A stretch of DNA of 63,976 bases, counting the filler, from Ministeria vibrans ATCC 50519 (taxonomy: Eukaryota > Protista > Filasterea): the NCBI GenBank assembly GCA_943704425.1. It is 13 parts of 13 records of this genome, joined end to end, with 100 filler letters (N's around TTAATTAATTAA, not from the genome) between each part and the next. Parts side by side here need not be neighbours in the genome. Positions count along the whole stretch, not along the records: positions 46,668 to 51,224 come from CALSCP010001008.1; positions 51,325 to 55,652 come from CALSCP010001454.1; positions 55,753 to 59,455 come from CALSCP010000433.1; positions 59,556 to 61,684 come from CALSCP010000648.1; 9 more parts are not named here. One strand, written 5' to 3'. Shown piece after piece: positions 46,933 to 60,430 of the stretch. Below the pieces are notes generated by a model. It had not been told where the DNA came from and ran no database searches. It saw only the letters and a program-made list of their open reading frames with translations. Position numbers and translations under genes: made by a program. Within the stretch, counting starts at the first letter, position 1. The number at the start of each line of letters is the position of its first letter.

Positions 46933-49900
46933 GAGAGCTTGGACGACGTTGGTCTGCAGACGGCGGGTGTCAAGCTGGAGGAGGTCAATGTTGGTTCTGG
47001 TATGTGATGTTGACTTGTCGCTCTTTTTTTGGGTTCTTTTTTTTTCCCATGTGTGTGTCTCAATTTTTTTTTTCAGGTCATGAGGTTAAGGCGGATTCAA
47101 GCGACTCGTTCGCTCGTGCCACTTCTTCGCGACGTGATGCCACTGTGCATTCTGGGGTCAAGGAGGCGTCGGGCGACTTGGTTGCCCATGCCACTTCTCT
47201 GGAGAGTGCCGGTAAAAANNNNNNNNNNNNNNNNNNNNNNNNNNNNNNNNNNNNNNNNNNNNNNNNNNNNNNNNNNNNNNNNNNNNNNNNNNNNNNNNNN
47301 NNNNNNNNNNNNNNNCGTTCGCTCGTGCCACTTCTTCGCGACGTGATGCCACTGTGCATTCTGGGGTCAAGGAGGCGTCGGGCGACTTGGTTGCCCATGC
47401 CACTTCTCTGGAGAGTGCCGGTAAAAAAGAACAATAATTATTATAATATAATATACAATAATAATATATTTTCCATCGTATATGCAGCTGGTTCCTTACT
47501 GGGCGAGGTCAAGGAGGCTTTGAGCGACGAGCTCGCGGCCACTTCTTTGCGACGGGAGGGTATGTTTTTATTTTGGCGTTTGTTTGTTTATAATCATAAG
47601 AAAAGAAATAGAGAATAGAGAGCTGTACTCAATATCAAAACAAGCAGTGTCCAAAACAGAGCTATTAATTTCATTATTATTAATATTAATAAAATATTTA
47701 TTATTATTGTTATTATTAATAATTTATTACTAATATTAATATTATTGGTTTATTATTATTATTGATCTTCTTTTATTATTATTCATAGTTGGTTCTTCCA
47801 TGAACGAGGTCAAGGCGGCTTTAAGCGACTCATTCGCTCGTGCCACTTCTTCGCGACGTGATGCCACTGTGCATTCTGGGGTCAAGGAGGCGTCGGGCGA
47901 CTTGGTTGCCCATGCCACTTCTCTGGAGAGTGCCGGTAAAAAAGAACAATAATTATTATAATATAATATACTATAATAATATATTTTCCATCGTATATGC
48001 AGCTGGTTCCTTACTGGGCGAGGTCAAGGAGGCTTTGAGCGACGAGCTCGCGGCCACTTCTTTGCGACGGGAGGGTACGTGTTTATTTTGGCGTTTGAAT
48101 GTTTATAATCATAAGAAAAGAAATAGAGAATAGAGAGCTGTACTCAATATCAAAACAAGCAGTATCCAAAACAAAGAGCTATTAATTTCATTATTAATTC
48201 TTCTTCTCATTATTATTAATATCAAAAATTATTCTTCTTCTTTTATTACTATTCATAGTTGGTTCTTCCATGAACGAGGTCAAGGCGGCTTCGAGCGACT
48301 CGCTTGCGGCCACTTCTTCGCGACGGAAAGGTACACAATTTTCAAGGATCACTTTTATGTTTGATTTGAACCTAATTTCAATTGATAATAATTATTATTG
48401 GAAACGCCTTCTTCTTCTTCAATAATAATAATAATTAATAATAATAAAAATTAATATTATTAATAATATAGCCAACTCAAATGTCCACGAAGTGGAGGAA
48501 GGTGAACGGCAACCTACAACCCCTTCGCGTTCTCGCGGTAAGTATACAATGTTCGTCTGGAATGACTCAAACATGACGCATTCGTACTATTTTCGTACTA
48601 TTGTCTTGCATGCATGTATAACAGAGGTCGAGGACACCATCTTTGGAACCAACAGCGACGCCAACGAAGCTCTGTCGCCCGCCAACGACCTCGACGCCAC
48701 TGGTTCTGACCAGGAGGCGCCTGGTCTGCAGCGAAGCACCCGTGCTTACTGCTCTGCTGGCTACTACATGTACTGGACCAGCGGTGGCGGCTGGCGCCGA
48801 CGCCGCCGCTACTATGTGTGTGCTGGTTGTCCCTCAAGGAAGGTTTGCAGTTTTTCCAATTATTAATAATAACAATAATAATCATTATTATTATTATTAA
48901 TAATAATTATTAATATTAATTTATTATTATTATTATTTTACAGTACTCACCTGCCTCGTGGAGTTCGAGTTCGTGTCGAAACTGCCCGGCTGGAAGGGTA
49001 CCCTATAACATGATCAATCTACTTTCCTTGCAGCATTGTTTTCCAGTCGACCTGACACAAAATAAATTTCTTTGTTTACTTAGTACAATCCCTACTCGTA
49101 CCAGTCGAGCTGTCGTACGTGTGGTCCCGGAACCGTATGTCACTCCGCTGTTTTCGTTGTGATTCTTTGACCAACCTTTTTCTTTCTCTCTTTTTCTCTA
49201 TTGCAGTATAGCCCATCGTACGCGACTTGGTGCTCCAGCTGCCAAACTGGCCGAGTAATTCTTTCTAAACATTTAGCGGCACATCACTCATTCCGTTTCT
49301 CTTTATATCTTTTTCAGTACAACCCCTACTACAGTCGCTCGTCTTGCTACACCTGCCCTGGTGGTCGCTACCAAAGCTCGACGGGCGCCACGTCAGTCAG
49401 CCAGTGTGCCTATTGCCCAACTGGTCGTTATCAGGGATCATATGGACAGGCATCCTGCGCCTATTGTCCCACTGGTCGTTACGCCGCCGGGTATGGCTAC
49501 TGGAGCTGCACTGTTTGTCCAACGGGCCGCTACAACTACCAAACTGGCTCCACTTCTTCAGCCTATTGGTAAACAGTGTGTGGAGAAATAATATCAGATG
49601 ACAATATTAATGACTGTTTCCGTTCAAAACCACAATATTATAGTCGATATTGCCCCGCCGGTCGTTACAACCCCTACACCGCCCGCTCTTCGTGTTACTA
49701 CTGCCCCAGTGGCCGCTATAACCCAAGCACGGGTAGTACATCGTCCGGCTACTGTCGTTGGTGTCCGACCGGAAGGGTAACACCCCAAAACTGAAACAAA
49801 CAACACAATCATTAAAAATTTGCCCTCGCTTCGCAGTATGCGCCGTCTTCGGGCTACTCATCGTGCCCCTACTGCCCTTCTGGACGCTACCAAAATTCTT

Positions 49901-51224
49901 ACGGTCAAACATCGTGTCGCACTTGCCCTGCTGGCTACTATGCTCCGAGCACCGGCTACGCATCGTATACATTGACCAAACTGGCAATTGAATAGAATTA
50001 TTCTTAACTATTTTTATTCTTATTCTTCCCTTACAGATGCCCACGATGCCCTTGGGGCAAGCGTACCGTTCAGACGTACCCAACTACGTGCTACTTCTGC
50101 CCCGCTGGGTACTACACTGTCTCGGCCACCAACCCATCGTGTAAGTGTCAGCCTCAAAATCATGACGTATGCTTACCTCTTTTTTTCTTTCCCCCCGGTC
50201 AGGTCGCGCGTGCCAGTCAGGTCGCTACCAGCCAACCTCGTCCGCCGCGTACTGGTCGTGTCCGTCATGTCCCAGTGGACACATTAGTCCCACTGCCTCG
50301 ACGTCCTCGTCGCAGTGTCTCCTGTGCAGCAAGATGAAGGTTTGTTTATTCTCCCAACACTCTCTTCTCTCTCTCCCTTATTTAGGTTTTTTTTTCATAC
50401 AGTATATCTACCGTCGTCGTGCGCGCTGCGTCACGTGTCCTTCTAACACCTACACGCCGGGAAACAACTAGTATGATTGTATTGTGAGAAGTACCATAAT
50501 TCTCACTCTATCGTTTAGTGCTTCTTGCTACGGTTGCCCAAGCCTAAAGTACGTCCCTGCGGGTGACACGCGTGGTTGCCAGACTTGTGGCTACTACGCG
50601 AACCAGTACTACTACCAGCGCCGCCGCCGTCGCCGTCGTCGTATTGTCACATAGTACGCCGTGTTTTGCCCTCTCTCTCTGTCTCTCTTCTCTCTTCTCT
50701 CCCCCTTCCTGTCTTTGTTCTTCTCCCCGTCTTCCCTACTTATACTTTTAAATCTGCTCTTAGCTGCTACAACTGCCCATCGGGACAAATTGGATCTGTT
50801 GGTGGGTAAGAATGGGCGCAATTAATAGTAAAATTTTGCCTCTCACTCTCTTTTCTCTTCCAGATGGGGCTGTTCATCTTGTGCCGCCGGTCGTTACGCC
50901 CAAGTGCGCACCTGTACTTACTGCGCGCCAGGCAGGTACAACCCGTACACGGCCCGAACCTCCTGCCCAACCTGTCCCTTTGCTCGATACGCCAGCCAAT
51001 ACGGTCGCACGGCTTGCACACTGTACGTCTCACAAGAGCCATCCATTATCCAACTGAACCCGTCCCCATCTGTAGATGTCCGCGCGGTCGATTCACATCG
51101 CAGTACGGAAGAACCTCCTCGTCGCAATGCAGCGGCTGCCCGGCCAACAAAGTATCGTTTGAGTCCCAATCACACTCGTTCTCACTCTCGCTTACTCTTA
51201 GTACGATGACAACATTGCGCGTCG
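46933..51224 (+). CDS. Cys/Tyr-rich repeat (CPxGRY; GCC2/GCC3 or ephrin-receptor-like) extracellular-type protein with many mini-exons; partial at both ends
   Basis: Repeated CxxCPxGRY units; exons such as 48944-48997, 49084-49134 and 49207-49254 have GT-AG flanks. Confidence 0.75.
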
Positions 51225-51875
51225 NNNNNNNNNNNNNNNNNNNNNNNNNNNNNNNNNNNNNNNNNNNNTTAATTAATTAANNNNNNNNNNNNNNNNNNNN
51301 NNNNNNNNNNNNNNNNNNNNNNNNCACAAATCATCGGAGTACACATGGTATTAGAAGAGACGTCACAGAGCATTCTGACGGCAAAGACTGGAGGCGTGAA
51401 ACACCTCCTAGTAGGTTGAAAATCAAAAATAATAATAATTCTGATTCTGCAAATAGTTTACAACTTGATGCGAACTCGTTGTTGACTGTTGAAAGATAAA
51501 AAAAATATGGACAAAACGGCGGAAAAGATTGAATTGCCGTAAAAATAACGGCAAGTTGGTCTTCAATGCCACACAAGTCCAATGAAGGGCAAGGCGCGAC
51601 CAAATCATCGGTGGAAAAGAAACACTGAATGAGATGTTGAGAAAAACGGAAAAAAAAAAAACGAAACACGCTCGAAACGCGTTAGGAAGAGCGACGTAAA
51701 GGCCGGTGCCGGAGAGTGGCGTGTAGTGTCCATGCTAGCGACGGGCAGCGATGGATTGGGAGCGACGCGCAGACGTAAAGTGTTTTGCTTCTTTTAATAT
51801 TATTATTATTTTTTCCTTTTTAATAAGGATAATACTTCAGAGAAACGGCTGAAAACACGTTAAAATGAGACGTAC

Positions 51876-52094
51876 GTGGGCAGCACTGGATTTGACTTCA
51901 AATCCAGCAAAGGCGACCTCCCACTCCGACGAGGTGGGCTCAGGAGTCGCAAATGTTTCGTTGATGAGCAGTTGAGCTCTGCAAACGTTTGGTGCCGATC
52001 CAAGGCCCAGATCGGGGCCAGCTCCCGACAGGGAGCTGCCCGGAAGGGCCATTGAGGTCGACACTGCAACAAGAAGCAGTGCAAAAGAGAGCAT
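51876..52094 (-). CDS. First exon of a putative secreted protein of unknown function
   Basis: Signal-peptide-like MLSFALLLVAVSTSMA and a GTACGT donor; downstream exons not resolved. Confidence 0.4.
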
Positions 52095-53321
52095 CAGAGA
52101 AATAATAATAAACTTTATCTTTATTATATTTTTCAGACATCACTCAGAGTTTCGTACTTATTTTCGTTTCGTGTTGGTGAACAACACTGAATGTGAATTT
52201 GTTTCCTCTTCTCCCATCACTCATGATCAAATGGCCATTGATCACTTGAATTCCGCTTCCGTCTTCCCAAGGAGTCATCGATTGTCGATAGAATGGTGGA
52301 AGTTAGAAGCTGATGAACAATTATTACATTTTGTCGCTATTAATACATTAATTCTGAAATATTTTCAAACTTCGCTGACGCACACGCTAAGTCGGCAGAC
52401 CGTTCAGGCTCCACCGGGGGAGAGACATAAGAAGGCGTTATTGTCTACTGGTGTACTATTTTCTTTACCTGGGATAGATTGCACTTGTCTGCTATGAGTT
52501 GTTTTGAAATGTTTGTGTGTGACTCTCGTGAAACGCTGAGAGTTTTTTTAATTTAATTTATTATTCTGTGTGGGAGTGAAGTGGAAGTCGGTTGAACCTA
52601 ACGAAATCGAATCACTCGTGTTTTATAACGATCAAAAGTATAAGCAGACATATCTAGACTTTAGTACACGGCGAGTCTTGGAGGTGTTCCAACGAACGGA
52701 GTTGTGATTTTCCCCTTCCTTGGGCTGGGATGAAATCGTGCAGATATTATCTCACTGTCCCTTGGTAATCAATATGTCTCTTCACTGTACAAGGCAATTA
52801 GACCATTCACGCAGCATCCGATTAGTGGCAATCACCAATGATCAAATCTCCAAAGGAGCCGAACGGCATTAACTGGCGAAGCGAAAATTCCAAGCAAAAG
52901 GAAGCAGAGCGAAGAGAGATCTTACTCGAGATTCATCCGCGAGATGAGATGATCCAGGAAACGATCAGTCCGCCCCTGATTAATTTAAACTCAACGATAA
53001 AACGATAACTATGGGAAGGAGGCAGTGGCACTGTGGCGGGCTAGCAGGGGCAAGTGCAGTCTCTATGGCTATTCCCAGTGCAGCAATTGCAAATATACCT
53101 TTTACTTAATAATAAACTAATAATGTGAACCTATTCAGAACCTGAATTAATAATAAAATTAATATATAATTATACTTACACTTACACTTTCATTAAAGAA
53201 GAATGCAGCTTACGTTTTTGGTCATGCTACAACAGAATTATTAGCAATAAAAAGAAAATAATAATTATTATTGAAATAACAAAAATTAATTATCAACATA
53301 AAAGACGAAAAACATTTCCTA

Positions 53322-53453
53322 CGACAGATACCCTTATGTGGTGTCAGAGGCTCAGAGCCCTAAGATCTCATGACCAATGAGTATGGCGTAGCATTGCGAT
53401 TGCCTCACTGGATAGCGACGACAGAGCACTCTGACCTGCCACTGTTCTCCCAT
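53322..53453 (-). repeat. Dispersed ~120-bp repeat, copy 2
   Basis: Reverse complement aligns by eye with 20040-20155. Confidence 0.8.
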
Positions 53454-54099
53454 ACCTCCTTGCAAGCTTGCTTGCCTGCTGACTGATCTACGTTTGCAGA
53501 GCGCACATTCTGCAGCGTGCGGGGCCGTAGTCTGATTGGCGTACACATATAATATAATAATATAATAATAATATACATATATAGCCCAGGCAGGGTGTCT
53601 GGTGGGACGCCGAATGCCGGAGTGCACGTTGCAGAGAGAGGAATATTGGAATTTGATAAAGATAATATTTTGAACCGATTTCTCCCTCAAATAATAGCAA
53701 TACCTTCGTTTTAAAGCAATGTACAAACAATTGTTATTCGCAAAATAGGCAGCTTCAAACGTGTGCAGAAAATAATATAAAAAAGCAAAAAAAGACTCGT
53801 TTTTGCAACTTGTGAGATTGTCTGACAACAAACGCGGTTCAGAGATTTTCACAAAATCAGAAAATCAACTCTGAAAGGAAAACGTTACGAGTTATATTAA
53901 AAATAATTAATAATAATAATACAACACTATTATAATCATTATTATTGACAGCATGAGAAATAAAACCCATTCCGAGAATAAAAACAGGAATTGAATTGTA
54001 AAAAGGTCTCAGTTTTGTTTTTTCCAGAACTGATAACGTTCCTGTACAAGTCGTTTTTTTCTCTCCGGCAACACCTCTGTTCTTCTTGCTTTCATATTG

Positions 54100-54156
<57 letters not shown>

Positions 54157-54189
54157 CTTGTTTCTTTCTTTTTTTCTCTCTTTGTGTAC

Positions 54190-55394
54190 CGTCCGTGTCG
54201 CTCGGGCATGGTCCCAAAATTGCGCAGTGTGTCCGCCAAATCCCCTCCACACGCATAGTCCAGCACCAGCACAATGTGATCCTGCGACAGTGCATGAAGA
54301 TAATTTTAAATAATTATTATAATATTGCACTAAGCATTGTTTTGATCATACCTGAGTCTGAAAGGAGGCAATAAGATTGAGAAGGAACGGGTGGTTGGAG
54401 CGCGACGCCAGTGCCATCGTGTCGCGTTCCGTCTGAAACATCGGGTCATCCACCACATTCGCCTTGAGCGTCACTTTTAAAGCTACAAGTGTCTTAGGAG
54501 CGCGTGTAACACGCGCCAGAAACACTCGCCCAAACTGCCCCTCTCCCAACGCCGACACCATCTGAAAGTCTGCGAAACTCGCCTGTACCTTGGGCCGTGC
54601 CGCTATTTAGAGTACAAGCACCCAAACCTGGTCAGAGAGACACAATACACGGCTGTTTGTCTTACAAGGCGATACGGGCAGACTCGGCGCAGGCGAGAGA
54701 ACAGACGGGGTGGTCGCGGCGGACGCTGACGACGACGACGGCGGCACCGACACTGTCGAGTGGCGCGGCGACACCTTGCCCAGCAGCAACGCCTCAATGG
54801 CGTCGTTGGCCGAGTAGCCGTCGCGCTGGTCAATTCCTGTTGTCGGCTCTGCCTCAATGACAACCTCGGGCACGACGCTCCTGCAGTGTTTCCCAAAACG
54901 CCAGAGGAACCGGTGTGAGTCAAAAATACTCTCCCTCGCGCCACCACAGCGAAAAGAGAGAGAGACAAGCTCGCTTCGTTACCGTGCTCCGCGTCCACGA
55001 CGCCCTCCGCCCCGTGCCTCCTGTGAGCTCTGCGCGGACGACAAGGCGCGTTTCAGTTCCCAAGTGGCCGTTTAGGCGAGCGGGCCCGACCGCAGCCAAC
55101 CCACCGACTGCGGCCGGAAGCGTCGCCAGCCCCCCTCAGCGCCCCGAAAAACCCCCCCAGCCCACTTCTAGCTTCCCGTATGCTGCCGCAGTCGCACATA
55201 CGACGCGGTCTTGCGCTGGAGTTGAGACAGGTCGACCCGCAGGCGAGAGATCGATCGTCGATCCACACTGGACGAAAACATCAAACTGTGGCTCTTACCG
55301 TCGAGTTCGACGAGGTCGGCGAAAGGATCGGCGACACACTTGACGGGCTAGTCACAGCACTGGGGCGCCGTTTGACTATTGAAGCAATCGGCAT
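54190..55394 (-). CDS. AGC-family Ser/Thr kinase, N-lobe only; catalytic exons not found
   Basis: LGEGQFGRVFL, VALK and HPFLLNLIASFQT|DHIVLVLDYACGGDL; upstream exon structure uncertain. Confidence 0.65.
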
Positions 55395-55814
55395 GAAAAA
55401 AAAAATTAGTTATCAATGTCGAATTTTGATCGACTCAAACTCATAATGGGAATTCTCATAGTCTCACAGTCTTACACTCGTCCACACTTTTTCACCCTTT
55501 AAATCTCCTTTCAACTTATAAAATGGTACGTGTGCTGTCGTTGCTGGCACCTCCCTGTCTTGCAATGTACCCCCTGAGTGATCTGACGATTGTTTGAACC
55601 CAACCGATCACCCAGCTCCGCTGCCCGTCTGCTCCGCCCTGCCCCCGCCCCCNNNNNNNNNNNNNNNNNNNNNNNNNNNNNNNNNNNNNNNNNNNNTTAA
55701 TTAATTAANNNNNNNNNNNNNNNNNNNNNNNNNNNNNNNNNNNNNNNNNNNNCCATTTTAGAAGGTTTTGCTCGCCAATCGTCAAGCATACGAGCGTACA
55801 ATGTAGTTTGGTAG

Positions 55815-56158
55815 TCCAATGCGACTTTTGAACATGACACGCAAGCGGCAAGCGGGGCCACTACTGGCGACTGGCTTGTCATGCTATACACCGGATGGTG
55901 TCCGCACTGTCGTGACCTGGCCGGCGTGTGGGAGAACATCGGCCACAAACTGCATGGTAGGCCAAACCGCCAGAGGTGTTTGTGCGCTCATCCTTCTTGT
56001 GACAACAACAAACAGGTCGTGTCAACGTTGCCAAGGTCGACACGAGCACTAACCCTGAGACGTCTCGTCGATTTGGAGTCAAGTCTGTTCCCACCATTAT
56101 TCTGTATGTCGAGAGCGCAAAAAAACAAGAGAGACGGAGTGACATTACTCTCTCTCTC

Positions 56159-56215
<57 letters not shown>

Positions 56216-56761
56216 GTCTGTTAGGCTGCACCAGGGCGACTTTTACTTGTACTCGGGCCCGCGTGAGATTGATGAACTTGTTGCCTTTGCTGTGGAGGGC
56301 TACCAGCAATCGGGAACGCGGTCAAAAGTGCCAGCAGAGCAGACTTTTTTCGAGTATCTCGTTGAGGTGAGTAACACTTTATTTGTGGATACGTCTTAAA
56401 AACATGCTTGTTGTTGTGTGTGTGCATGTAGATTTTGACGGTTGCGATATTTGAAGATTCGGATGCGCAACAGGCGGCAGTGATTGCGTTCTTTTCGGTG
56501 TTTTGCACAGGAGTGATTGTGTTTACTTGTTGCGCGCGCGGGAGCGTGAGTGGTGGGCGACTGGGAGGGACGAGGGGCCCTGGTGCAGATGATGGGGGCA
56601 GTCTGATGGCGGAACGGGCGCGCGCAGAGCAGCTGGAACGGGAGAAGGAGAGGGAGGAAGAGGAGCAAGAGGAAGAGGAGGATGAGAGAGTGGTTGTGCT
56701 GAAGGAGAAGACGGTTTCGCCCGTGAAGCAGCGCAAAAGATCGTCTGTGCGCGTTGAATAG
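55815..56761 (+). CDS. Transmembrane thioredoxin-domain (TMX-like) protein, 5'-truncated
   Basis: FEHDTQAASGATTGDWLV, WCPHC, VNVAKVD, a C-terminal TM segment and a charged tail. Confidence 0.85.
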
Positions 56762-56827
56762 AGAGAGAGAAAAAAACAAACCTGAATTTTTGTTTTTGTG
56801 TGTAGTAAACGGTTTTCACTTGTGTGT

Positions 56828-57952
56828 TTATATGAGAATACTTTTGAGAGAGTCTTTCTGGGTTTTGGAGAGTGCAGTAGGGAAGGTGATTTTGAAACGG
56901 ACGATAAGATCTCCTTTGGTTGAGGGTGATTTGCTGAGAGGCATTCCTTCGCCACTCACTCGTTTCTCGTACGAGGGACTCTGTGTGTCAATTGGGCGTG
57001 TGACAATGAGTGAGTGAAATCGATTTAGTGAGATTGAGTACGTCAGTAAAATTGTGTGGGTGAGATTTAGTGAGAACGAGTGAGATTGAGTGAGATTAAC
57101 TTGACTGAGTGAGGTACAGATTTTTTAAGAGTGAAAATTCTTACGATAATGTCGTTAATGGGAATCTGTAACGTTCGACCATCCAAAGTTTTTACAGACA
57201 ATTTGTGCCCAGTCAAAGCTAAAAGACCAAAAGTAAACAAAAAGTCAAAATTGGAATGGTTAAAATTTATCATTGTACCCTGAACAAGCGACACATTTAC
57301 TGTGTGCACTAGATTGTTTCCGTCGCGAGTAAAACTTGGATGTTTCTATAATAATCAACAATCACACATCCATATTATTGGTTATTATTAATGATAATCA
57401 AAATGTCATTGTTCTTTTTGGGTGTTTTAATACCTTTTCTTTGATGATAAAAACAATATCCGCGGGAATTCCATTGGCACTCTCATCTCCCTCAGATGGA
57501 AATGTCACCTGGGCAAAGATAACAGAGAGAGAGAAGGAGTGAGTGAGATTAAGAGAAAAAGTGAGTGGGACAAAGAGACAGTGAGTGAGTGAGTGTAAAT
57601 ATCAATAGAATCTCTCGTCTCATGAGAAACTTACTTTCGTTCCGGCTTTCCAACCGCTCTTCACATTGACGGTCAGCACTTTCTCTTCGCTTTGAGTCCT
57701 TCCACTTCCGTCCTTTAACAGAACTCGTCGCGTAATCTAATCGGATCAACAATATTTAGTCACAAAAAACTGAGTTTTGTGTTACCTTCATTTTTTTTGT
57801 TGTCCCGGTATACAGTTCTTCCAATGACACATTCAGATTGTGCACTACATCCGGATCCTAATCAAACACACACAGAGAGAATGAGAAAGTTCAAGTTACT
57901 CGTAGTTTTATGTAAAAGTGACGAGTTATTCTCTCTCTGACTCACAAACACA

Positions 57953-58017
<65 letters not shown>

Positions 58018-58982
58018 CTATTATACCTTCTTGCGAGACACGCCGCGTCGTGCGCCGCCCCCCATGTCGCCCATACCGCCCCCCATCCCATGCAAGCTCC
58101 CCAGACCCCCCATGGGCCCGTTCGCCCCTCCTCCTCCTAATCCTCCTCCACCGCCGAACATGTCTGCAAACGGATTCCCTGACCCAAAAAACTGCTTGAA
58201 TATATCGTTGGGGTCGCCGTGAAACGAGTACCCTTGGAACCCTGCCAACGCAATGCTGAGTATCAATACCCAATCGACACTGAATGTACCGCTGCGGTCG
58301 TACCGTTTCCTCCAGCTCCTCCTGCTGCTCCTCCGCCGCCACCACCCCCACCGCCAGGTACTCCTCCTTTAAGACCCTCTTCGCCATACTGGTCAAAGAC
58401 CGAACGCTTTTTCGCTGTACACAAATACAACGCGTCAACACTTTTCTCGCACTTGTTATAGCGGGCAGATGGTTGCACACTCACACACAACATACACAGG
58501 CTCGACGCACACCACAGTCGACACTGGTGCACTCATACAACGTCTGCACACACTTTGAAATGGACGCTTACCATCAGAGAGCACGTCGTAGGCCTCGGCG
58601 GCGTCTTTGAATTTCTGGGACAGAGAGAAAAGTCGCGAAATATCAGTACACAATCCACTTTGCGCAGTCGTCCGCAATTTGGGCGCCTCGCAAGCCACTC
58701 ACCTCCTCTGCACCCTTTTCCTTGTTCTTGTCCGGGTGGTACTTCAGCGCCATCTTTCTGTACCTGTGGTTGTTTCCATGGCAATGAACGAAGAAAAAAA
58801 CACAAAAACTCCAGTTCAGAAGGCGATCTCTCACAACAGACGACTTGCTCGGTCGCAAAACAGCAACCGCGTCCGTCAAAAAACACCTCTTCAAGGCACC
58901 CCACTGCTCCTTACGCCTTTTTGATGTCCGCTTCCGTCGCGTCACGGTTGATCCCCAAAATCTTATAATAATCCTTTCCCAT
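56828..58982 (-). CDS. Class II DnaJ/Hsp40 (DNAJB4/Sis1-like)
   Basis: MGKDYYKILG, KYHPDKN, G/F region, VSLEELYTG, GWKAGTK, GEGMP and GDLIVRFKITFP. Confidence 0.92.
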
Positions 58983-59220
58983 TGCTTTGATCGTGTAGCC
59001 AAAGAGTCACAGAATGAATTCTATCAATACTCAATAGTTGATAACAGATAAATGATAGCGTGTGCCTTGAAAGTTGCAAAAGAAAATAATTCAACTGATT
59101 TCTCAATTCTCATTCAAGTTTCAGAAATGAGATTTGATCGCGTCTCTATTTCGATATTCGGAATTTCGGATTTCTCTTTGACATTTCGGCCTTCTTTTTT
59201 CTCTCTTCAACTTCTACACA

Positions 59221-59429
59221 ATGGCTAACCCTAAGGTTTTTTTCGACATCACTGCCGGCGGCAAGGGCCTCGGCCGCATCGTCATGGAGGTACACAGACA
59301 GATAATAAAAAAAAAGAACGAGTCACTTTTGACACGAAAGAGTCAACGGACTCGCATCGACATCCCGCCCACTCACATCCTTTCTTTGGTCTCTGTAGCT
59401 CCGCGCTGACGTTGTCCCCCGCACTGCTG
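59221..59429 (+). CDS. Cyclophilin A-type PPIase, first two exons
   Basis: MANPKVFFDITAGGKGLGRIVME|LRADVVPRTA. Confidence 0.9.
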
Positions 59430-59555
59430 GTAATTGACCTCGTTTCTCTTTTTAANNNNNNNNNNNNNNNNNNNNNNNNNNNNNNNNNNNNNNNNNNNNT
59501 TAATTAATTAANNNNNNNNNNNNNNNNNNNNNNNNNNNNNNNNNNNNNNNNNNNN

Positions 59556-59656
<101 letters not shown>

Positions 59657-59680
59657 TAATAATTTATATAGTTAACGTAC

Positions 59681-60291
59681 CTGGCGACCGTCGAGAACGG
59701 AGCGCTTGAAAGGATCCGTCTCCTTCTTCAGATCAGCCTTGGCTCGCTTTCGAGCCCCGAGAAGATCCTCGAGAATCTCAGGGAGAATTCCTTTGCGTCG
59801 CGAAGCCTAAAAACCCAAAAAAGAAAGAAAAAAAGGCGTAAAATTCTATTTGAGTTTCTTCCCTTTGGATGTACCTTGACGAAAAAGTCGCCATGGGGAG
59901 TGCGGATGTAGTCTTCGGCAGGGAGACGCGTCTGGGAGCCACGCTGAAGCAGGGTGGTGTAGCACAGGTTGTGAGCCATCATAATGGAGGGGTACAGTGA
60001 CGAGAAATCGAGCGTGGCAATGGGCACGTTGTAGAAGCCACGCTCGGGCTCGATGACAGTCGCACCCTCGTACTGATCGTCGCTTCCGTCCGACTTGACG
60101 GCAGGAATCACAAGGTTGTGCGAGATGGCCTAATACCAGCATAATCATGATAATATGGATAATAATTATATTAATAATAATTATTATTATTATATTATTA
60201 TATTGGGTATCAATAATACAAAATTAATACAAAATTAATAATAATTAATACAGAAACAACAAATAAATTTATTAATATTAATAATTATTAT

Positions 60292-60372
<81 letters not shown>

Positions 60373-60387
60373 GTAATAATAATAATA

Positions 60388-60430
<43 letters not shown>

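Noticed and set aside
55523-55531. ATG|GTACGT single-codon first exon of a plus-strand gene
   Set aside because: Plausible, but the contig ends before any second exon, so no product can be supported
59225-59234. CTAACCCTAA as a telomerase RNA template or internal telomere seed
   Set aside because: It is cyclophilin coding sequence (Ala-Asn-Pro-Lys)
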